A DNA stretch of 64,000 bases, taken from positions 2,038 through 66,037 of the forward strand of contig CASFMW010000001.1 in NCBI GenBank assembly GCA_949295935.1, read 5' to 3'. The stretch's first letter is position 1. The number at the start of each line of letters is the position of its first letter. Positions 20,868 to 31,761 of this stretch are shown piece after piece. The notes beneath the pieces were generated by a model. The model was not told the DNA's origin. It saw only the letters and a program-made list of their open reading frames with translations, and did no database searches. The stretch is from an uncultured Pseudomonadota bacterium (GTDB lineage Bacteria; Pseudomonadota; Alphaproteobacteria; RF32; CAG-239). The position numbers were made by a program, and so were the translations under genes.

Positions 20868-21596
20868 ATGAACGATAAACTCCATAACAAGATGATGGAA
20901 ATGGTTGACAAAGCAGGCCGTAAGGGGCTGAGCTCCAACGTTCCGTTTAAGGAAGAACAATTTTCTGAGCTGGTAAAATTGCGCCAGTTATCAATTTTGC
21001 AAAGCGCCTATCAGCCACAGGCAACTGAGGTAAATCTGCCGATTTTAGCCAGAGAAGACTTTACTAAAGATTTAGTTGCAATTGCATATAGCTATGCTGG
21101 TATAAACAAACACCGCCAGAAAAAACACAGCTACGAATATTTTCGTGGTAACATTGCACTTTATGACGGCAATCACATTCACTTTAATCAGCCAGCTATT
21201 GACCCTGAAAATATGCTCTACGCTTTTTCACCGGAGCGGATATACAATCAAAGGGGCTACAAGCTTGAAGGGATGGATACCTTTGCCATTTTCCGCGATG
21301 TTAAGAAAAAACACGCCGAACAAGAGGCGCAAGCCCAACAACGCGAGCTGTTTACCAAAGATTTGATGCAACTTGGTTTTATAGGAAACACGCCGGAATT
21401 ACTTAATGCTCAGGTACTAGAATTGCTAAAAATCCAAAATCAGTTAATACAGCAAAGTCTGGAACAACAAAAATTAACTATGCTGAATCAACATCCGGAG
21501 CTTTTGCAACAAGTTGTGAAGAATAATGCACCGCAAATTGACAATAATGTGATGCTGCAAATCACCAGCAAATTAAACGAACGCGAAAGAGCTTAA
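20868..21596 (+). CDS. hypothetical protein with Gln-rich C-terminus
   Basis: The ATG at 20868 is preceded by GGAG. No recognisable domain. Its stop overlaps the yejB stop in a convergent arrangement. Confidence 0.5.
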   Translation: MNDKLHNKMMEMVDKAGRKGLSSNVPFKEEQFSELVKLRQLSILQSAYQPQATEVNLPILAREDFTKDLVAIAYSYAGINKHRQKKHSYEYFRGNIALYDGNHIHFNQPAIDPENMLYAFSPERIYNQRGYKLEGMDTFAIFRDVKKKHAEQEAQAQQRELFTKDLMQLGFIGNTPELLNAQVLELLKIQNQLIQQSLEQQKLTMLNQHPELLQQVVKNNAPQIDNNVMLQITSKLNERERA

Positions 21597-22666
21597 ACCG
21601 CATCAAAAGTAATTCTCGGATCAACCCAAGAATAGGTCAAATCGCTGATAAGCTTGAGCACGAGGCCGAGCAATGCAAAGATATAGAGTGTACCAAAAAT
21701 CACCGGATAATCGCGCGTCATAATCGCCTCATAGCCAAGAAGGCCTAAGCCGTTTAGCGAGAAAATAACCTCAATCAGCAACGAACCGGTAAACAGCATT
21801 TTAATTAGCATGGAAGGAAAACCGGCAATCACAATTAACATCGCGTTTCTGAACACATGACCATATAAAACCTGATTTTCGGTCAGACCTTTTGCTTTTG
21901 CTGTCAGCACATAAGGCTTTCCAATCTCATCAATAAATGAGTTTTTAGTCAGCATGGTAAGAGAGGCAAAACCGCCGATAACCATTGTCAAAACCGGCAG
22001 GGTGATATGCCAAAAATAATCGATTATTTTTCCACCAAGGGAGAGTTCATCCCAGTTAGACGAGGTCAGACCACGCAGCGGAAACCACTGGAAATATGTT
22101 CCGCCGGCAAAAAAGACAATCAGTAAGACCGCAAACAAAAAGACCGGCACGGCAGAGCCGAGAACTACGGCAAAAGATGTCCAAACATCAAATTTTGTAC
22201 CGTCACGAACTGCCTTTTTTATCCCGAGTGGAATGGCAACAAGATAAATAATCAGCGTTGACCACAATCCGAGAGATATAGATACCGGCATTCTCTCCAA
22301 AATCAGTTGCCCGACAGTCTTATCTTTGTAATAACTTTTGCCAAAGTCAAAAGTTGCATAATCTTTAATCATATTAAAAAAGCGAACATGAAGCGGCTTA
22401 TCAAACCCAAATTGTTTTTCCAACTCTTTAATCAGATAATCGGGAACACCGCGCGCACCTTGATATTTTGAGGCTGAAGTTGCTGTGTTCATTTGGGCTG
22501 AAGAAGACAAATTCCCCGAAGAATCAACATTCATTCCGCGATATTTTGCCAGCATATGCTCAACCGGTCCCCCCGGCGCCATTTGGATAATCAAAAAATT
22601 AATCGTGAGGATTCCGAGCAATGTCAGAGGAATCAGCAATAAACGCTTGATAATATAATTTCTCAT
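21593..22666 (-). CDS. yejB: ABC transporter permease, YejB (microcin C / oligopeptide importer) type
   Basis: [34 protein letters not shown] is followed by a periplasmic insert ending [15 protein letters not shown] and by an EAA-type loop ([20 protein letters not shown]). Its start shares ATGA with the yejA stop. Confidence 0.8.
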   Translation of the reverse strand: MRNYIIKRLLLIPLTLLGILTINFLIIQMAPGGPVEHMLAKYRGMNVDSSGNLSSSAQMNTATSASKYQGARGVPDYLIKELEKQFGFDKPLHVRFFNMIKDYATFDFGKSYYKDKTVGQLILERMPVSISLGLWSTLIIYLVAIPLGIKKAVRDGTKFDVWTSFAVVLGSAVPVFLFAVLLIVFFAGGTYFQWFPLRGLTSSNWDELSLGGKIIDYFWHITLPVLTMVIGGFASLTMLTKNSFIDEIGKPYVLTAKAKGLTENQVLYGHVFRNAMLIVIAGFPSMLIKMLFTGSLLIEVIFSLNGLGLLGYEAIMTRDYPVIFGTLYIFALLGLVLKLISDLTYSWVDPRITFDAV

Positions 22667-24495
22667 GAACGAAAATCCTCCTTCATCCACCAAGTAAAGG
22701 GCTGATAGCCAACTTTCAGATTCGTTTTCGGATGTTCAAACTTGTTTTGATAAGCCACACGGTCAGCCGGAGCATACCATTGCGGAATCATATAAGATTC
22801 GCTGAGCAAAACACGGTCAAGCGCCGAAACATAGGCTTTGTAATCCTCTTTCTTTTGAGCTTTAACCAAACCCTCAATCAGGGCATCAACCACAGGATTT
22901 TGGATCCCGATAATATTGTAAGACCCATTGACCATAGCTGACTGACTTCCCCAAAGCTCTTTTTGTTCATTCCCCGGCATTTGCGATACACCAAGCGCAA
23001 TGATAGCAATGTCAAAGTCAAAATTATCCAAACGGTTTTTATAAACATTAACCTCGACGGTACGGAAAGAAGCATCGATTCCGATTTTACGCAGATTTTT
23101 GATAAACGGCAGCATCACGCGAGTGAAAGAACTTCCGTTAGACGAGTTATCAAAAATCTCAAAAGCGAGGGGCTCACCGGTAGCGAGATTAACCATTTTT
23201 CCGTCCCGAAAACCATATCCTGCTTCATTCAAAAGGGCAACGGCCTTTTTCAGATTCTCACGTGTCTGCATATAATTTTCATGATGAATAACGCGTGGCT
23301 CTTGCGTAAAAACTTCCGGCGCAAGTTGAGACTTAAAGCAGCGCAAAATAGCCAGCTCTTTTCCTTTTGGCAGACCGGTTGCTTCCATTCCCGTATTGGT
23401 AAAATAGCTGTTTAAGCGTTGATATTGATTATAAAACAACATCTCATTAGCCCAGTCAAAGTCAAAGGCGAGGGCAATGGCTTGGCGCACACGTTTGTCT
23501 TTGAAGATATCTTTGCGAATATTAAAGGCAAACATTTGCAGATTAGCCGCACGTCCGTGAGGAATATCTTCTTTAATGACTTTTCCGCTTTTAACCACAT
23601 TATTATCATAACCGGTTACCCAGTTTTTTGCGATATATTCTACACGAATATCAATATTACCGGAAAACAAAGCTTGCAGAGTAACGGTTGTGTCTTGATA
23701 AAATTCATAATCAACCATATCAAAATTAAAAAAGCCTTTTCGTGAAGGAATATCTTTGGCCCAATAATTAGGGTTCCTCTTCAGAATAATGGATTTTCCG
23801 GCCTTAAATTTTTGCACGATATAAGGACCGCTCCCCAAAAAAGGCTTTAAGGTTGGCGCACTGAAATCCTTTCCTTCCCAGTCTTTTTTTGAAAAGATGG
23901 ATAACTGCGCCAAAATCAGAGGCAGCTCTTTGTTTTCAGCCCCCTTTTTGAAATAAAAGCGCACATGACGGTCATTAATTTTTTCGACCCTTTCCACGTC
24001 TTGATAATAAACTTTATAGATAGGGGCACCTTTTTCGATTAAAGAATTAAAACTGAAAATCACATCGTCAGCCAAAACCGGAGAGCCGTCGCTGAATTTT
24101 GCTCGTTCATCAAGAATAAACCCAACATAAGACTTATCTTTCGGCAACTCAAATTCCTTAGCCAACAGCGGATAAACCACACTCACGTCATCTGCCGGAA
24201 CAATGCCGAGTGTGTCAAGCGTAAGTGCTGCAACTTCACTGGCAGCATTGCCTTTAAAAATAAACGGGTTAAAACTGTCAAACCCACCATAAGAGGGCAA
24301 AACGACCGTCCCGCCTTTAGGCGCGTCGGGGTTAACATAATCAAAATGAGAAAAATCGATCGGATATTTTGCTTCGCCATAAAGGGCGATATGCGAAAAT
24401 TTTGTAGCTGCAAAGGCCAAACGAAAACAGCCGCCCCAAGCAGCAGCTGTCAGCAACAAAAGAATAAGAAAATTAATTTTTCTTAGCGACGTCAT
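22663..24495 (-). CDS. yejA: ABC transporter substrate-binding protein, family 5 (YejA type)
   Basis: The 610-aa product has a signal peptide ([20 protein letters not shown]) and the size and layout of a family-5 SBP. It is coupled to yejB. Confidence 0.8.
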   Translation of the reverse strand: MTSLRKINFLILLLLTAAAWGGCFRLAFAATKFSHIALYGEAKYPIDFSHFDYVNPDAPKGGTVVLPSYGGFDSFNPFIFKGNAASEVAALTLDTLGIVPADDVSVVYPLLAKEFELPKDKSYVGFILDERAKFSDGSPVLADDVIFSFNSLIEKGAPIYKVYYQDVERVEKINDRHVRFYFKKGAENKELPLILAQLSIFSKKDWEGKDFSAPTLKPFLGSGPYIVQKFKAGKSIILKRNPNYWAKDIPSRKGFFNFDMVDYEFYQDTTVTLQALFSGNIDIRVEYIAKNWVTGYDNNVVKSGKVIKEDIPHGRAANLQMFAFNIRKDIFKDKRVRQAIALAFDFDWANEMLFYNQYQRLNSYFTNTGMEATGLPKGKELAILRCFKSQLAPEVFTQEPRVIHHENYMQTRENLKKAVALLNEAGYGFRDGKMVNLATGEPLAFEIFDNSSNGSSFTRVMLPFIKNLRKIGIDASFRTVEVNVYKNRLDNFDFDIAIIALGVSQMPGNEQKELWGSQSAMVNGSYNIIGIQNPVVDALIEGLVKAQKKEDYKAYVSALDRVLLSESYMIPQWYAPADRVAYQNKFEHPKTNLKVGYQPFTWWMKEDFRS

Positions 24496-25822
24496 TCACC
24501 CAGTTTCCAAAAGGATAAGAAAGCGATTCTTCAACAGCAGATTTAGACGATTGAGAAACGGTTGAAGTGTCATCTTTTTTCATTTTTTCCCACTCGCGAC
24601 GCAAAGACTTCAAAGTCTTTTTTGTCTCTTCAAAGTCAATGGTCTTTGCCGGCTCAGGTAATGAAATTTTGGGTTCATTGGGATGACCGGTAAAATCTTC
24701 AATATCCAGTTGCTCGTTATCATGCCAAGGTTCATTGATATTATTCTTCAAAGCCTTTAGACCAGAACTCACCGGAGAAGAATCAAACTTTGGTTCTCTG
24801 TCAAAAGTCAATGTATCTTCAGTTCCAAAACTTTTCTCCAAGGCAAGAGTAAATGGGTCTTGTTTGTTATCTTCATCTTTGACTTCTGCATCATCGACAG
24901 TATCCTCCTTCTTTTTACGAAAGATAGAAGATATAAAGCCAAAACTATTTGCTGAAGAAGACGCCTCTTTTTCAGAAACCGATTCTACCGAAACCTCTTC
25001 TCTCGATTCGCTACTTTTGCGATCAAGAGCCTTAAAAGCCTCCGGTTCTTTGGGCAAAGATTTTTCCAAGGCAGCATTATCTATAAATGATGGCTTTGCC
25101 TTAAGGGCTGAAATCTCTTTTGAGCGTTTAATTTCTTCAGAAACAGGTGCAAAAATAGAATATACTTTTCCAAAGACACCGGTCTCGACCAAATTTAAGA
25201 ACACATGCTCTTTGTCATGTTTTTCCAAAAGGGCGATAAGAGCCTGATAGCGAGCCACAAATTCAAGAATAGAACCGGAAAGAATGGTATCTCCCTGTGC
25301 ACGATTAAACATTCTGAGCTGAAATTCGCCCTGCGTCTGCGAAACCTCGATTAAAACCTTACCGAAAGACCATTTTCCACCGTTTTGAACTTTAGCCCAC
25401 AGATTTTCGATTTGTTCACTGGAGGCGATTCCCGCACGCTTAATAATCTCGGCCAAGATTTCATTCATATCAGCTACAAAAATATCAAATTTATTTAGGA
25501 TAAAGCCATCCTTAATCTCCTGTTCGGCTTCCAGCATAACGCGTGCCAACAAATCCGTATAATCAAGGTTTTTTTTCATATGCGAAAGCAACGAAACAAT
25601 ATTGCGACCAAATGCACGATTATTGATATATTGGTTCACATAGCCAAATACCGCCCAGATAAAAAATACCGGCAATAATAAAAATGAGGTATATAAAGCG
25701 GCATCAAACAAGCTCAATCCGGCAAGCGGGATTCCACCGAGCTTATCGACAACAAACAAACCGGCATAAATCAACCAAAACAGGCTTGAAAAGACGGAAA
25801 GAAAAAAAGCCAAAGCCAACAA
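24473..25822 (-). CDS. membrane protein with an acidic/Ser-rich C-terminal tail, function unknown
   Basis: There are two N-terminal TM helices, a helical middle region, and a low-complexity E/S/K/D-rich C-terminal 200 aa. Its 3' end overlaps the yejA start by 23 nt. Confidence 0.55.
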   Translation of the reverse strand: MLALAFFLSVFSSLFWLIYAGLFVVDKLGGIPLAGLSLFDAALYTSFLLLPVFFIWAVFGYVNQYINNRAFGRNIVSLLSHMKKNLDYTDLLARVMLEAEQEIKDGFILNKFDIFVADMNEILAEIIKRAGIASSEQIENLWAKVQNGGKWSFGKVLIEVSQTQGEFQLRMFNRAQGDTILSGSILEFVARYQALIALLEKHDKEHVFLNLVETGVFGKVYSIFAPVSEEIKRSKEISALKAKPSFIDNAALEKSLPKEPEAFKALDRKSSESREEVSVESVSEKEASSSANSFGFISSIFRKKKEDTVDDAEVKDEDNKQDPFTLALEKSFGTEDTLTFDREPKFDSSPVSSGLKALKNNINEPWHDNEQLDIEDFTGHPNEPKISLPEPAKTIDFEETKKTLKSLRREWEKMKKDDTSTVSQSSKSAVEESLSYPFGNWVNDVAKKN

Positions 25823-25991
25823 GGAAATTCTCCAAAAATAAAAATATCATAACTGAAAATATAGTAGTATATTAGGCGTATAATTCAATCAAAATAACGA
25901 AAATTAACAATATTTTAAAATAAGAGTCGAAATTTAAGATAAAACGTGATAAAGAGAAGAAAGATTTTAAATAATTAAGAAGAGTGAAAAC

Positions 25992-26960
25992 ATGAGTAAC
26001 GCAAACAGCATGGTTTTAGATTTTGAAAAAACGATTGTAGAGGTTGAAGCCAAGATAGAAGGGCTTAAAATGGCTGCCAAGGACGAAGGCGTTGATATAA
26101 GCAAAGAAATTAACCGTCTTCAAGAAAAGCTGGAACGTCAGTTAAAAATATCCTATGCAAATTTAACCCCATGGCAAAAGGCACAAGTTGCACGTCATCC
26201 GGACAGACCGCATTGCTTGGATTATGTCGGCAGTTTAATAGAAGACTTTGTACCATTGGCCGGAGATAGAAACTTTGCGGATGATCCGACCATGATTGGC
26301 GGTATCGGTCGCTTTAAGGGAATTTCGGTTGTCGTTATCGGACAAGAAAAAGGCCATGATTTGGAGAGCCGAATTAAGTACAATTTCGGCATGGCCAAGC
26401 CGGAAGGCTACCGCAAAGCCCAAAGATTAATGAGCATGGCGGATAAGTTTAATCTTCCGGTTATCAGCTTTGTAGATACCGACGGAGCCTACCCCGGAGT
26501 AGAGGCCGAAGCCAGAGGACAAGCGGAAGCGATTGCCTCATCAATAGAAAGATGTTTGCAGATTAAAACCCCGATTGTTTCAACCGTTATCGGCATGGGC
26601 GGTTCGGGCGGTGCGATTGCGATTGCGGCGGCCGACAGAATACTAATGCTTGAAAACTCGATTTACTCGATTATTTCGCCGGAAGCCTGTAGCTCGATTC
26701 TGTGGCGTTCGACCGATAAGGTGAAAGAAGCGGCGGAAGCCTTGAGGTTTACCGCGCAGGATTTGAAGCATTTCGGCGTCATTGATGAGGTTATCAAAGA
26801 ACCTCTGGGGGGTGCGCACCGCGACCGCAAAGCTACGATTGAAGCGGTTGGCGATTCGATTTTAAAACATCTGAAAGAGCTTTTACCGATTAATGGTGAA
26901 GATTTGCGCCGCCAAAGAACCGAAAAGTTTTTGGAAATGGGAAGACATCTGCCGGATTAA
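25992..26960 (+). CDS. accA: acetyl-CoA carboxylase carboxyltransferase subunit alpha
   Basis: LDFEKTIVEVEAKIEGLK...TPWQKAQVARHPDRPH...DTDGAYPGVEAEARGQAEAIA...GGSGGA. Confidence 0.96.
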   Translation: MSNANSMVLDFEKTIVEVEAKIEGLKMAAKDEGVDISKEINRLQEKLERQLKISYANLTPWQKAQVARHPDRPHCLDYVGSLIEDFVPLAGDRNFADDPTMIGGIGRFKGISVVVIGQEKGHDLESRIKYNFGMAKPEGYRKAQRLMSMADKFNLPVISFVDTDGAYPGVEAEARGQAEAIASSIERCLQIKTPIVSTVIGMGGSGGAIAIAAADRILMLENSIYSIISPEACSSILWRSTDKVKEAAEALRFTAQDLKHFGVIDEVIKEPLGGAHRDRKATIEAVGDSILKHLKELLPINGEDLRRQRTEKFLEMGRHLPD

Positions 26961-26963
26961 GTC

Positions 26964-28106
26964 ATGATAAGCCACAATCTTTTGCTTGTTTTGTTGATTA
27001 TCTTTACAGCCGCGGCAATATATTTTGCCTTAAAAAAACGCGGTGACGATGATATAAAAAACGTCTTCGAAAATTTCATCCGCTCTCAAGCGGAGCTTTC
27101 GGGGCGTTTGTCGCAGTTCAGCGAGATAAATTCGCGCCAGCAAGCACAATTGGCGCAGTCGATAAATGAGCAAAAAGTAGCAATGCTTAAGATTGTTGAT
27201 GAAAAGTTGCTTGAAGTCACCAAAAATGTCGGAGAGGGCTTGCAACAATCGACCGAAAAGACCAACCAAACCTTGCATGATTTGCGTGAGAGATTAGCCA
27301 AGATAGATGTTGCCCAGCAAAAAATATCTTCGCTATCGGAGCAGGTTGTTTCGTTGCAAGAGGTATTGAGCAACAAGCAAGCACGCGGAGCTTTTGGTGA
27401 GATTCAGTTAAACGATTTGGTTACCTCGATTCTCCCGCCTTCGGCTTATGAATTTCAGGTTGTGCTGAGCAATCAAAAGCGCGCGGATTGTGTTTTGAAA
27501 TTACCCAATCCTCCCGGAACAATCGTCATCGATTCGAAATTTCCTTTGGAGAGCTACCAGTCTTTACGCAACGCTCAAAACGAGAGAGAAAAAGTCGAGG
27601 CGGAACGATTCTTCCGAGCCTCGGTTTTGAAGCATATCAAAGATATTGCCGAGAAATATATCATCGCCGGAGAAACGGCGGAGTCCGCCTTAATGTTTAT
27701 GCCTTCTGAGTCGGTTTACGCCGAACTTCACGCCAATTTCAGAGATGTTGTTGAGGCCTCGTACCGCGCTAAGGTTTGGATTGTTTCCCCCACCACATTA
27801 ATGGCGACATTAAATACGGTCAGAGCCGTTTTGAAAGACGCCCGTATGCGGGAGCAAGCCGGCGTTATTCAAAAAGAAGTCGGTCTTTTGGTTGAAGACA
27901 TAAGCCGCTTAGACGACCGCATTGAAAATTTGGGCAAGCATTTTGACATGGCGTCTAAGGATATCGGAGAAATAAAAATATCTTCGGGAAAAATCGCGCG
28001 CCGTATTGATAAAATCGAAGATATCGAGCTAGGTGAAAATGCGGAAAAACGGCTTGCTGTTGAAGATTTGACCGGCCACCGCGGTACAGAAGAAAAATCC
28101 GCGTGA
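26964..28106 (+). CDS. rmuC: DNA recombination protein RmuC
   Basis: It has an N-terminal TM helix and a coiled coil, then the RmuC nuclease-like core (KQARGAFGEIQLNDLV...RADCVLKLPNPPGTIVIDSKFPLESY...MFMPSESVY). Confidence 0.9.
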   Translation: MISHNLLLVLLIIFTAAAIYFALKKRGDDDIKNVFENFIRSQAELSGRLSQFSEINSRQQAQLAQSINEQKVAMLKIVDEKLLEVTKNVGEGLQQSTEKTNQTLHDLRERLAKIDVAQQKISSLSEQVVSLQEVLSNKQARGAFGEIQLNDLVTSILPPSAYEFQVVLSNQKRADCVLKLPNPPGTIVIDSKFPLESYQSLRNAQNEREKVEAERFFRASVLKHIKDIAEKYIIAGETAESALMFMPSESVYAELHANFRDVVEASYRAKVWIVSPTTLMATLNTVRAVLKDARMREQAGVIQKEVGLLVEDISRLDDRIENLGKHFDMASKDIGEIKISSGKIARRIDKIEDIELGENAEKRLAVEDLTGHRGTEEKSA

Positions 28107-28221
28107 TTTTGGGGATAAAAAAAGGATAAAAATTCACAAAATATGGAATTGATATATTGATTTATAAAACAAAAACGTATAACGTAAACCCAGTGATAAA
28201 TGAATAAGAAGGAATAAAACA

Positions 28222-28503
28222 GTGACTAGATCTGAATTAATTGAAAAGATAGCCGGCAAAAACCCGCACTTAAACGTAAAAGACATAGATAAAATAGTTG
28301 ATGTTATTTTCAGCAAAATTATCAGTTCTTTAGCCAAAGGTGAAAGAGTAGAGTTCAGAGGATTCGGTTCTTTTTCGGTCAGAAAGCGTTCGGCAAGAAT
28401 AGCAAAGAACCCGCGCACGGGCGAGGCTGTTAAAGTTGAAGAAAGATGCATTCCGCACTTCAAAACCGGCAAGCAGTTGCACGATTTGTTAAACAAGAAA
28501 TAA
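28222..28503 (+). CDS. ihfB: integration host factor subunit beta
   Basis: GTG start. MTRSELIEKIAGKNPHLNVKDIDKIVDVIFSKIISSLAKGERVEFRGFGSFSVRKRSARIAKNPRTGEAVKVEERCIPHFKTGKQL shows the DNABII fold and the IHF-beta pattern. Confidence 0.85.
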   Translation: MTRSELIEKIAGKNPHLNVKDIDKIVDVIFSKIISSLAKGERVEFRGFGSFSVRKRSARIAKNPRTGEAVKVEERCIPHFKTGKQLHDLLNKK

Positions 28504-28527
28504 TATATTTGAAGAAAGGTGACGGCC

Positions 28528-28977
28528 ATGGGTTTTATAAAAATGTTAATCGGACTGCCCTTAATCATTGTTGTCTTGATTTTTGCTTTTGTAAACAATG
28601 ATTTGGTCAGTTTTAATTTATGGCCGTTTTATATTGAAATAACGGTATCGCAAAGCGTAGCGATAGTCTTTTTGCTGTTGTTTGGTTTTATCTGGGGCAA
28701 GTTCGATTCGTGGCTGTCTTATTCTCCGGTAAGAAAGGCGTTAAGACAGCAAAAAAAGGCAAATAAAAAATTAAATAAAGAGCAGGTAAAGCTCACGGAG
28801 AAGGTTTCTGATTTGGAAGGCAACATAACCAGTCTTAAGGAAGAAGCCAAAGACGCCAAGGCCGCTGCCAAAGACGCTGAAATTGCCGCCAAAGACGCCG
28901 AAAAAGCAAAGATAAAAGCCGAACGTCGTCCGCTCGGCGAAAGGCTGAAAAATTTATTTACAAGAAAAAAAGACTAA
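28528..28977 (+). CDS. LapA/DUF1049-family inner-membrane protein with a coiled-coil tail
   Basis: MGFIKMLIGLPLIIVVLIFAFVNNDLVSFNLWPF... forms two TM helices, followed by a K/A/E/D-rich tail with AAKDA repeats. It lies downstream of ihfB, as in many Alphaproteobacteria. Confidence 0.65.
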   Translation: MGFIKMLIGLPLIIVVLIFAFVNNDLVSFNLWPFYIEITVSQSVAIVFLLLFGFIWGKFDSWLSYSPVRKALRQQKKANKKLNKEQVKLTEKVSDLEGNITSLKEEAKDAKAAAKDAEIAAKDAEKAKIKAERRPLGERLKNLFTRKKD

Positions 28978-28995
28978 GAATAAGAGAAGAATAAA

Positions 28996-29877
28996 ATGAA
29001 CTGGTTAACAGATTTTGTAAGACCGAAGATAAAGAAAACCGCACCGATAGAGATTGCCGACAATTTGTGGGAAAAATGCCCCGAATGTGGTCAAATGCTG
29101 TTTTCAAAAGAACTTAAAAAAAGTATGTATGTCTGCACCCGCTGCGGCCATCATCTGCGTTTATATGTTCATAAAAGGTTGAGATTACTGTTTGATAACG
29201 GGGAATATAGCCCGATAGCCATTCCGCCGTTGAAAGAAGACCCACTTAAATTCAAGGATTCTAAAAAGTACACCGACAGACTGCGCAACTACCGCAAAAC
29301 AACCGGTAGTGAAGATGCTATTCGTGTTGCCAAAGGCGAGATTGGCGGCATAACCTGTGTTGTTGCCGCGATTGATTTTGCCTTTATGGGCGGCTCAATG
29401 GGTATGGCTGTCGGCGAAGGAATTGTCCGTGCAGCAGAGATTTGCTTGAAAAATAATTATCCGCTGATTACCGTTTCGGCTTCCGGCGGTGCACGTATGC
29501 AGGAAGGCATTTTGTCCTTGATGCAAATGGCGCGCACAACCGCGGCGATTAATCAGCTTAAAGAAAAAGGCATTCCGTTTATCTCGATTCTGACAGACCC
29601 GACAACCGGCGGCGTTTCAGCCTCTTTTGCGATGTTGGGTGATGTTAATATTGCAGAGAAGGGATGCTTAATCGGCTTTGCCGGCCCGCGTGTTATTGAA
29701 CAAACGATTCGCGAAAAATTGCCTGATGGCTTCCAACGCGCTGAATATTTGCAAGAACACGGCATGGTTGACATTGTCGTCACTCGCTCTGAGATGAAGG
29801 ACACGCTGGTTCGCGTCATCAGTATCTTAACTCACGTCAAACCGGCCGTTCAAACTCTAGCGATTGAAAATAAATAA
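28996..29877 (+). CDS. accD: acetyl-CoA carboxylase carboxyltransferase subunit beta
   Basis: Zn-ribbon CPECGQMLFSKELKKSMYVCTRCGHH, then MGGSMG...SGGARMQEG. Confidence 0.96.
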   Translation: MNWLTDFVRPKIKKTAPIEIADNLWEKCPECGQMLFSKELKKSMYVCTRCGHHLRLYVHKRLRLLFDNGEYSPIAIPPLKEDPLKFKDSKKYTDRLRNYRKTTGSEDAIRVAKGEIGGITCVVAAIDFAFMGGSMGMAVGEGIVRAAEICLKNNYPLITVSASGGARMQEGILSLMQMARTTAAINQLKEKGIPFISILTDPTTGGVSASFAMLGDVNIAEKGCLIGFAGPRVIEQTIREKLPDGFQRAEYLQEHGMVDIVVTRSEMKDTLVRVISILTHVKPAVQTLAIENK

Positions 29878-29892
29878 GGGTTTTTGACGCTC

Positions 29893-29927
29893 AAAAAAAG
29901 CTCTGAACTTTTGTTCAGAGCTTTTTT
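29893..29927. terminator. bidirectional terminator (accD / DUF1566-like gene)
   Basis: AAAAAAAGCTCTGAAC-TTTT-GTTCAGAGCTTTTTT: a perfect 10-bp stem with flanking A- and T-runs. Confidence 0.8.
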
Positions 29928-29932
29928 AATGT

Positions 29933-30418
29933 TTAATCAAAACGACAATCCAACTTTGCTACCAAGCGTATAGAGCATTTATCGTGCTTGGAAAGAGGCT
30001 TCGGATAATTGTCCGCGAAGTTCCAAGCAAAAGCTTTATCAACATCATACGGAGAGGTTGACCAATACCATTTACCGGCTATCGGTTCCCCACCGAGTTG
30101 AACCAACAAATCATCGAGGGCTTTTTGCTTTTGAGGATTACAAATCAACTTTTTCCAAAAACTAATTTCCCCTGCTGTACACGCATATATTTCAACTCGT
30201 GCATAACTGCAATCTTGAAGCCAATTAGCTTCATCCCATAAGAATGTTGAATTAAAAACAAAAAAATCTTTCAATGCGATAAGCGTGTCATCAAAGATAA
30301 TGCCCAGAGGTTTCTTGCCTTCAAGCGGTACCCAAGATCGAACTAAACCTTCATGCATTACTTCAAAAGGAAATTCCTGTTGAGATTTTCTTTCTGAGAT
30401 TTTTCTTTCTTTTTCCAT
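29933..30418 (-). CDS. hypothetical protein, possible DUF1566 (Lcl C-terminal-like) domain
   Basis: GGEPIAGKWYWSTSPYDVDKAFAWNFADNYPKPLSKHDKCSIRLVAK resembles the yWSST...aw.v.f....k...vR.V signature of DUF1566. This is from memory only. Confidence 0.4.
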   Translation of the reverse strand: MEKERKISERKSQQEFPFEVMHEGLVRSWVPLEGKKPLGIIFDDTLIALKDFFVFNSTFLWDEANWLQDCSYARVEIYACTAGEISFWKKLICNPQKQKALDDLLVQLGGEPIAGKWYWSTSPYDVDKAFAWNFADNYPKPLSKHDKCSIRLVAKLDCRFD

Positions 30419-30532
30419 AATTATATATTTTTAAATTAATAATACGAATTCAAAGCCAAATTAACACGAAAAAGCAAAAGGTCATGGAAATTATGAAAAT
30501 GACGGATTCTAAATAGGCTCAAAGCGACAGAA

Positions 30533-31759
30533 TCAAATAGATTTTTCTTTAAGCTGATTGTTTTTGACTTCAAAAAACTGTGCCGTATCTTTAAGAGAAG
30601 AAAATAGATACGGGTCGGTGGATGTTATCCAAGCCTGCAAACCGAGCTGGCTGATTTTTTCAAGCAAGGCTTCACGTTTAATTTCATCAAGATGAGCGAC
30701 CACTTCATCAAGCAATAAGATGGGGGCAAATCCCTTATCAAGCGTTTGGCACTTTGTCTGCGCTAAAATAATGCTGATGAGTAGTGATTTTTGCTCACCG
30801 GTAGAACAAAGCTCGGCCGGCATTCTCTTTTTGCGATAAAAGACTTTAAAATCGGTACGATTTACTCCATCGATTGAGTCGTTGTAAAGAATGTTGCGCC
30901 GTTGCTTTTTGAGCAAGTCGCGGTAAAAATCTTCAACATCAATCGCCGGCAGTTTATCAAGCTTTTTCTCAATAATACCTTCAAGTTCAAGAATAACATT
31001 CGGAAACACATCATCAGGCTCATGCTCGATAAAGGTATTGAGCTTGGCAATTTGCTCGCGACGCGCTGCTGCAATCGCTACACCGAGAGCCGCCATATTT
31101 TCTTCAAGCGACAGCAGCCAATCTTCGTTACAATGACCTGCCTTTAGGAGCTGATACCACTGCCGATAAAGATGTTCAAAATTTGCCGTTCGCTTGGCGT
31201 GTTCAAGGTCAAAAGCATAAACCAAGCGATCCAAAAAACTTCGCCGCGGTTGCGAGCCTCCGCGAAACAGCCTGTCCATCTGCGGCGTAATCCAAATCGC
31301 TGAAATATGACGCCCCAGTTCAGCTTGCGAAGAGGATTTCTGCCCGTTAATTTTAACGATTCGCTTATCAAAAGAGCGCGTGTCCTCTTCCGATTCTCTT
31401 AAAGATTTTTCAACCGCCGTTCCGATTTCGACGGTGTCATCACCTTTTTGCACGGTTGCCGAAACCGCCCAGTTGACCATACCGAGTTCAGTCGGCATAT
31501 ATTCATCGGAAACAAGCGTCGGTGTGATACGCCGAATGTCGCTAAGCTTTGCCGCGCGCAATCCTCTCCCCGGGGTAAGAAAAGAAATTGCTTCGAGAAT
31601 ATTTGTTTTTCCCGTTCCGTTTTCTCCGGTAATGATAATCGGCCCCAAATGAGCATTGATTCGTAAATGCGGATAGTTTCTAAAATCAGTTAAAGTCAGA
31701 CGCAAAACGCCTGACTTTTGACTGTTTAACTCATGAAGATTGAGCGCTGAGCTGTCCAC
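30533..31759 (-). CDS. recF: DNA replication and repair protein RecF
   Basis: Walker A ITGENGTGKTNILEA, signature STGEQKSLLISIILAQ, Walker B PILLLDEV. It lies in the dnaA-dnaN-recF order. Confidence 0.92.
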   Translation of the reverse strand: MDSSALNLHELNSQKSGVLRLTLTDFRNYPHLRINAHLGPIIITGENGTGKTNILEAISFLTPGRGLRAAKLSDIRRITPTLVSDEYMPTELGMVNWAVSATVQKGDDTVEIGTAVEKSLRESEEDTRSFDKRIVKINGQKSSSQAELGRHISAIWITPQMDRLFRGGSQPRRSFLDRLVYAFDLEHAKRTANFEHLYRQWYQLLKAGHCNEDWLLSLEENMAALGVAIAAARREQIAKLNTFIEHEPDDVFPNVILELEGIIEKKLDKLPAIDVEDFYRDLLKKQRRNILYNDSIDGVNRTDFKVFYRKKRMPAELCSTGEQKSLLISIILAQTKCQTLDKGFAPILLLDEVVAHLDEIKREALLEKISQLGLQAWITSTDPYLFSSLKDTAQFFEVKNNQLKEKSI

Positions 31760-31761
31760 GA

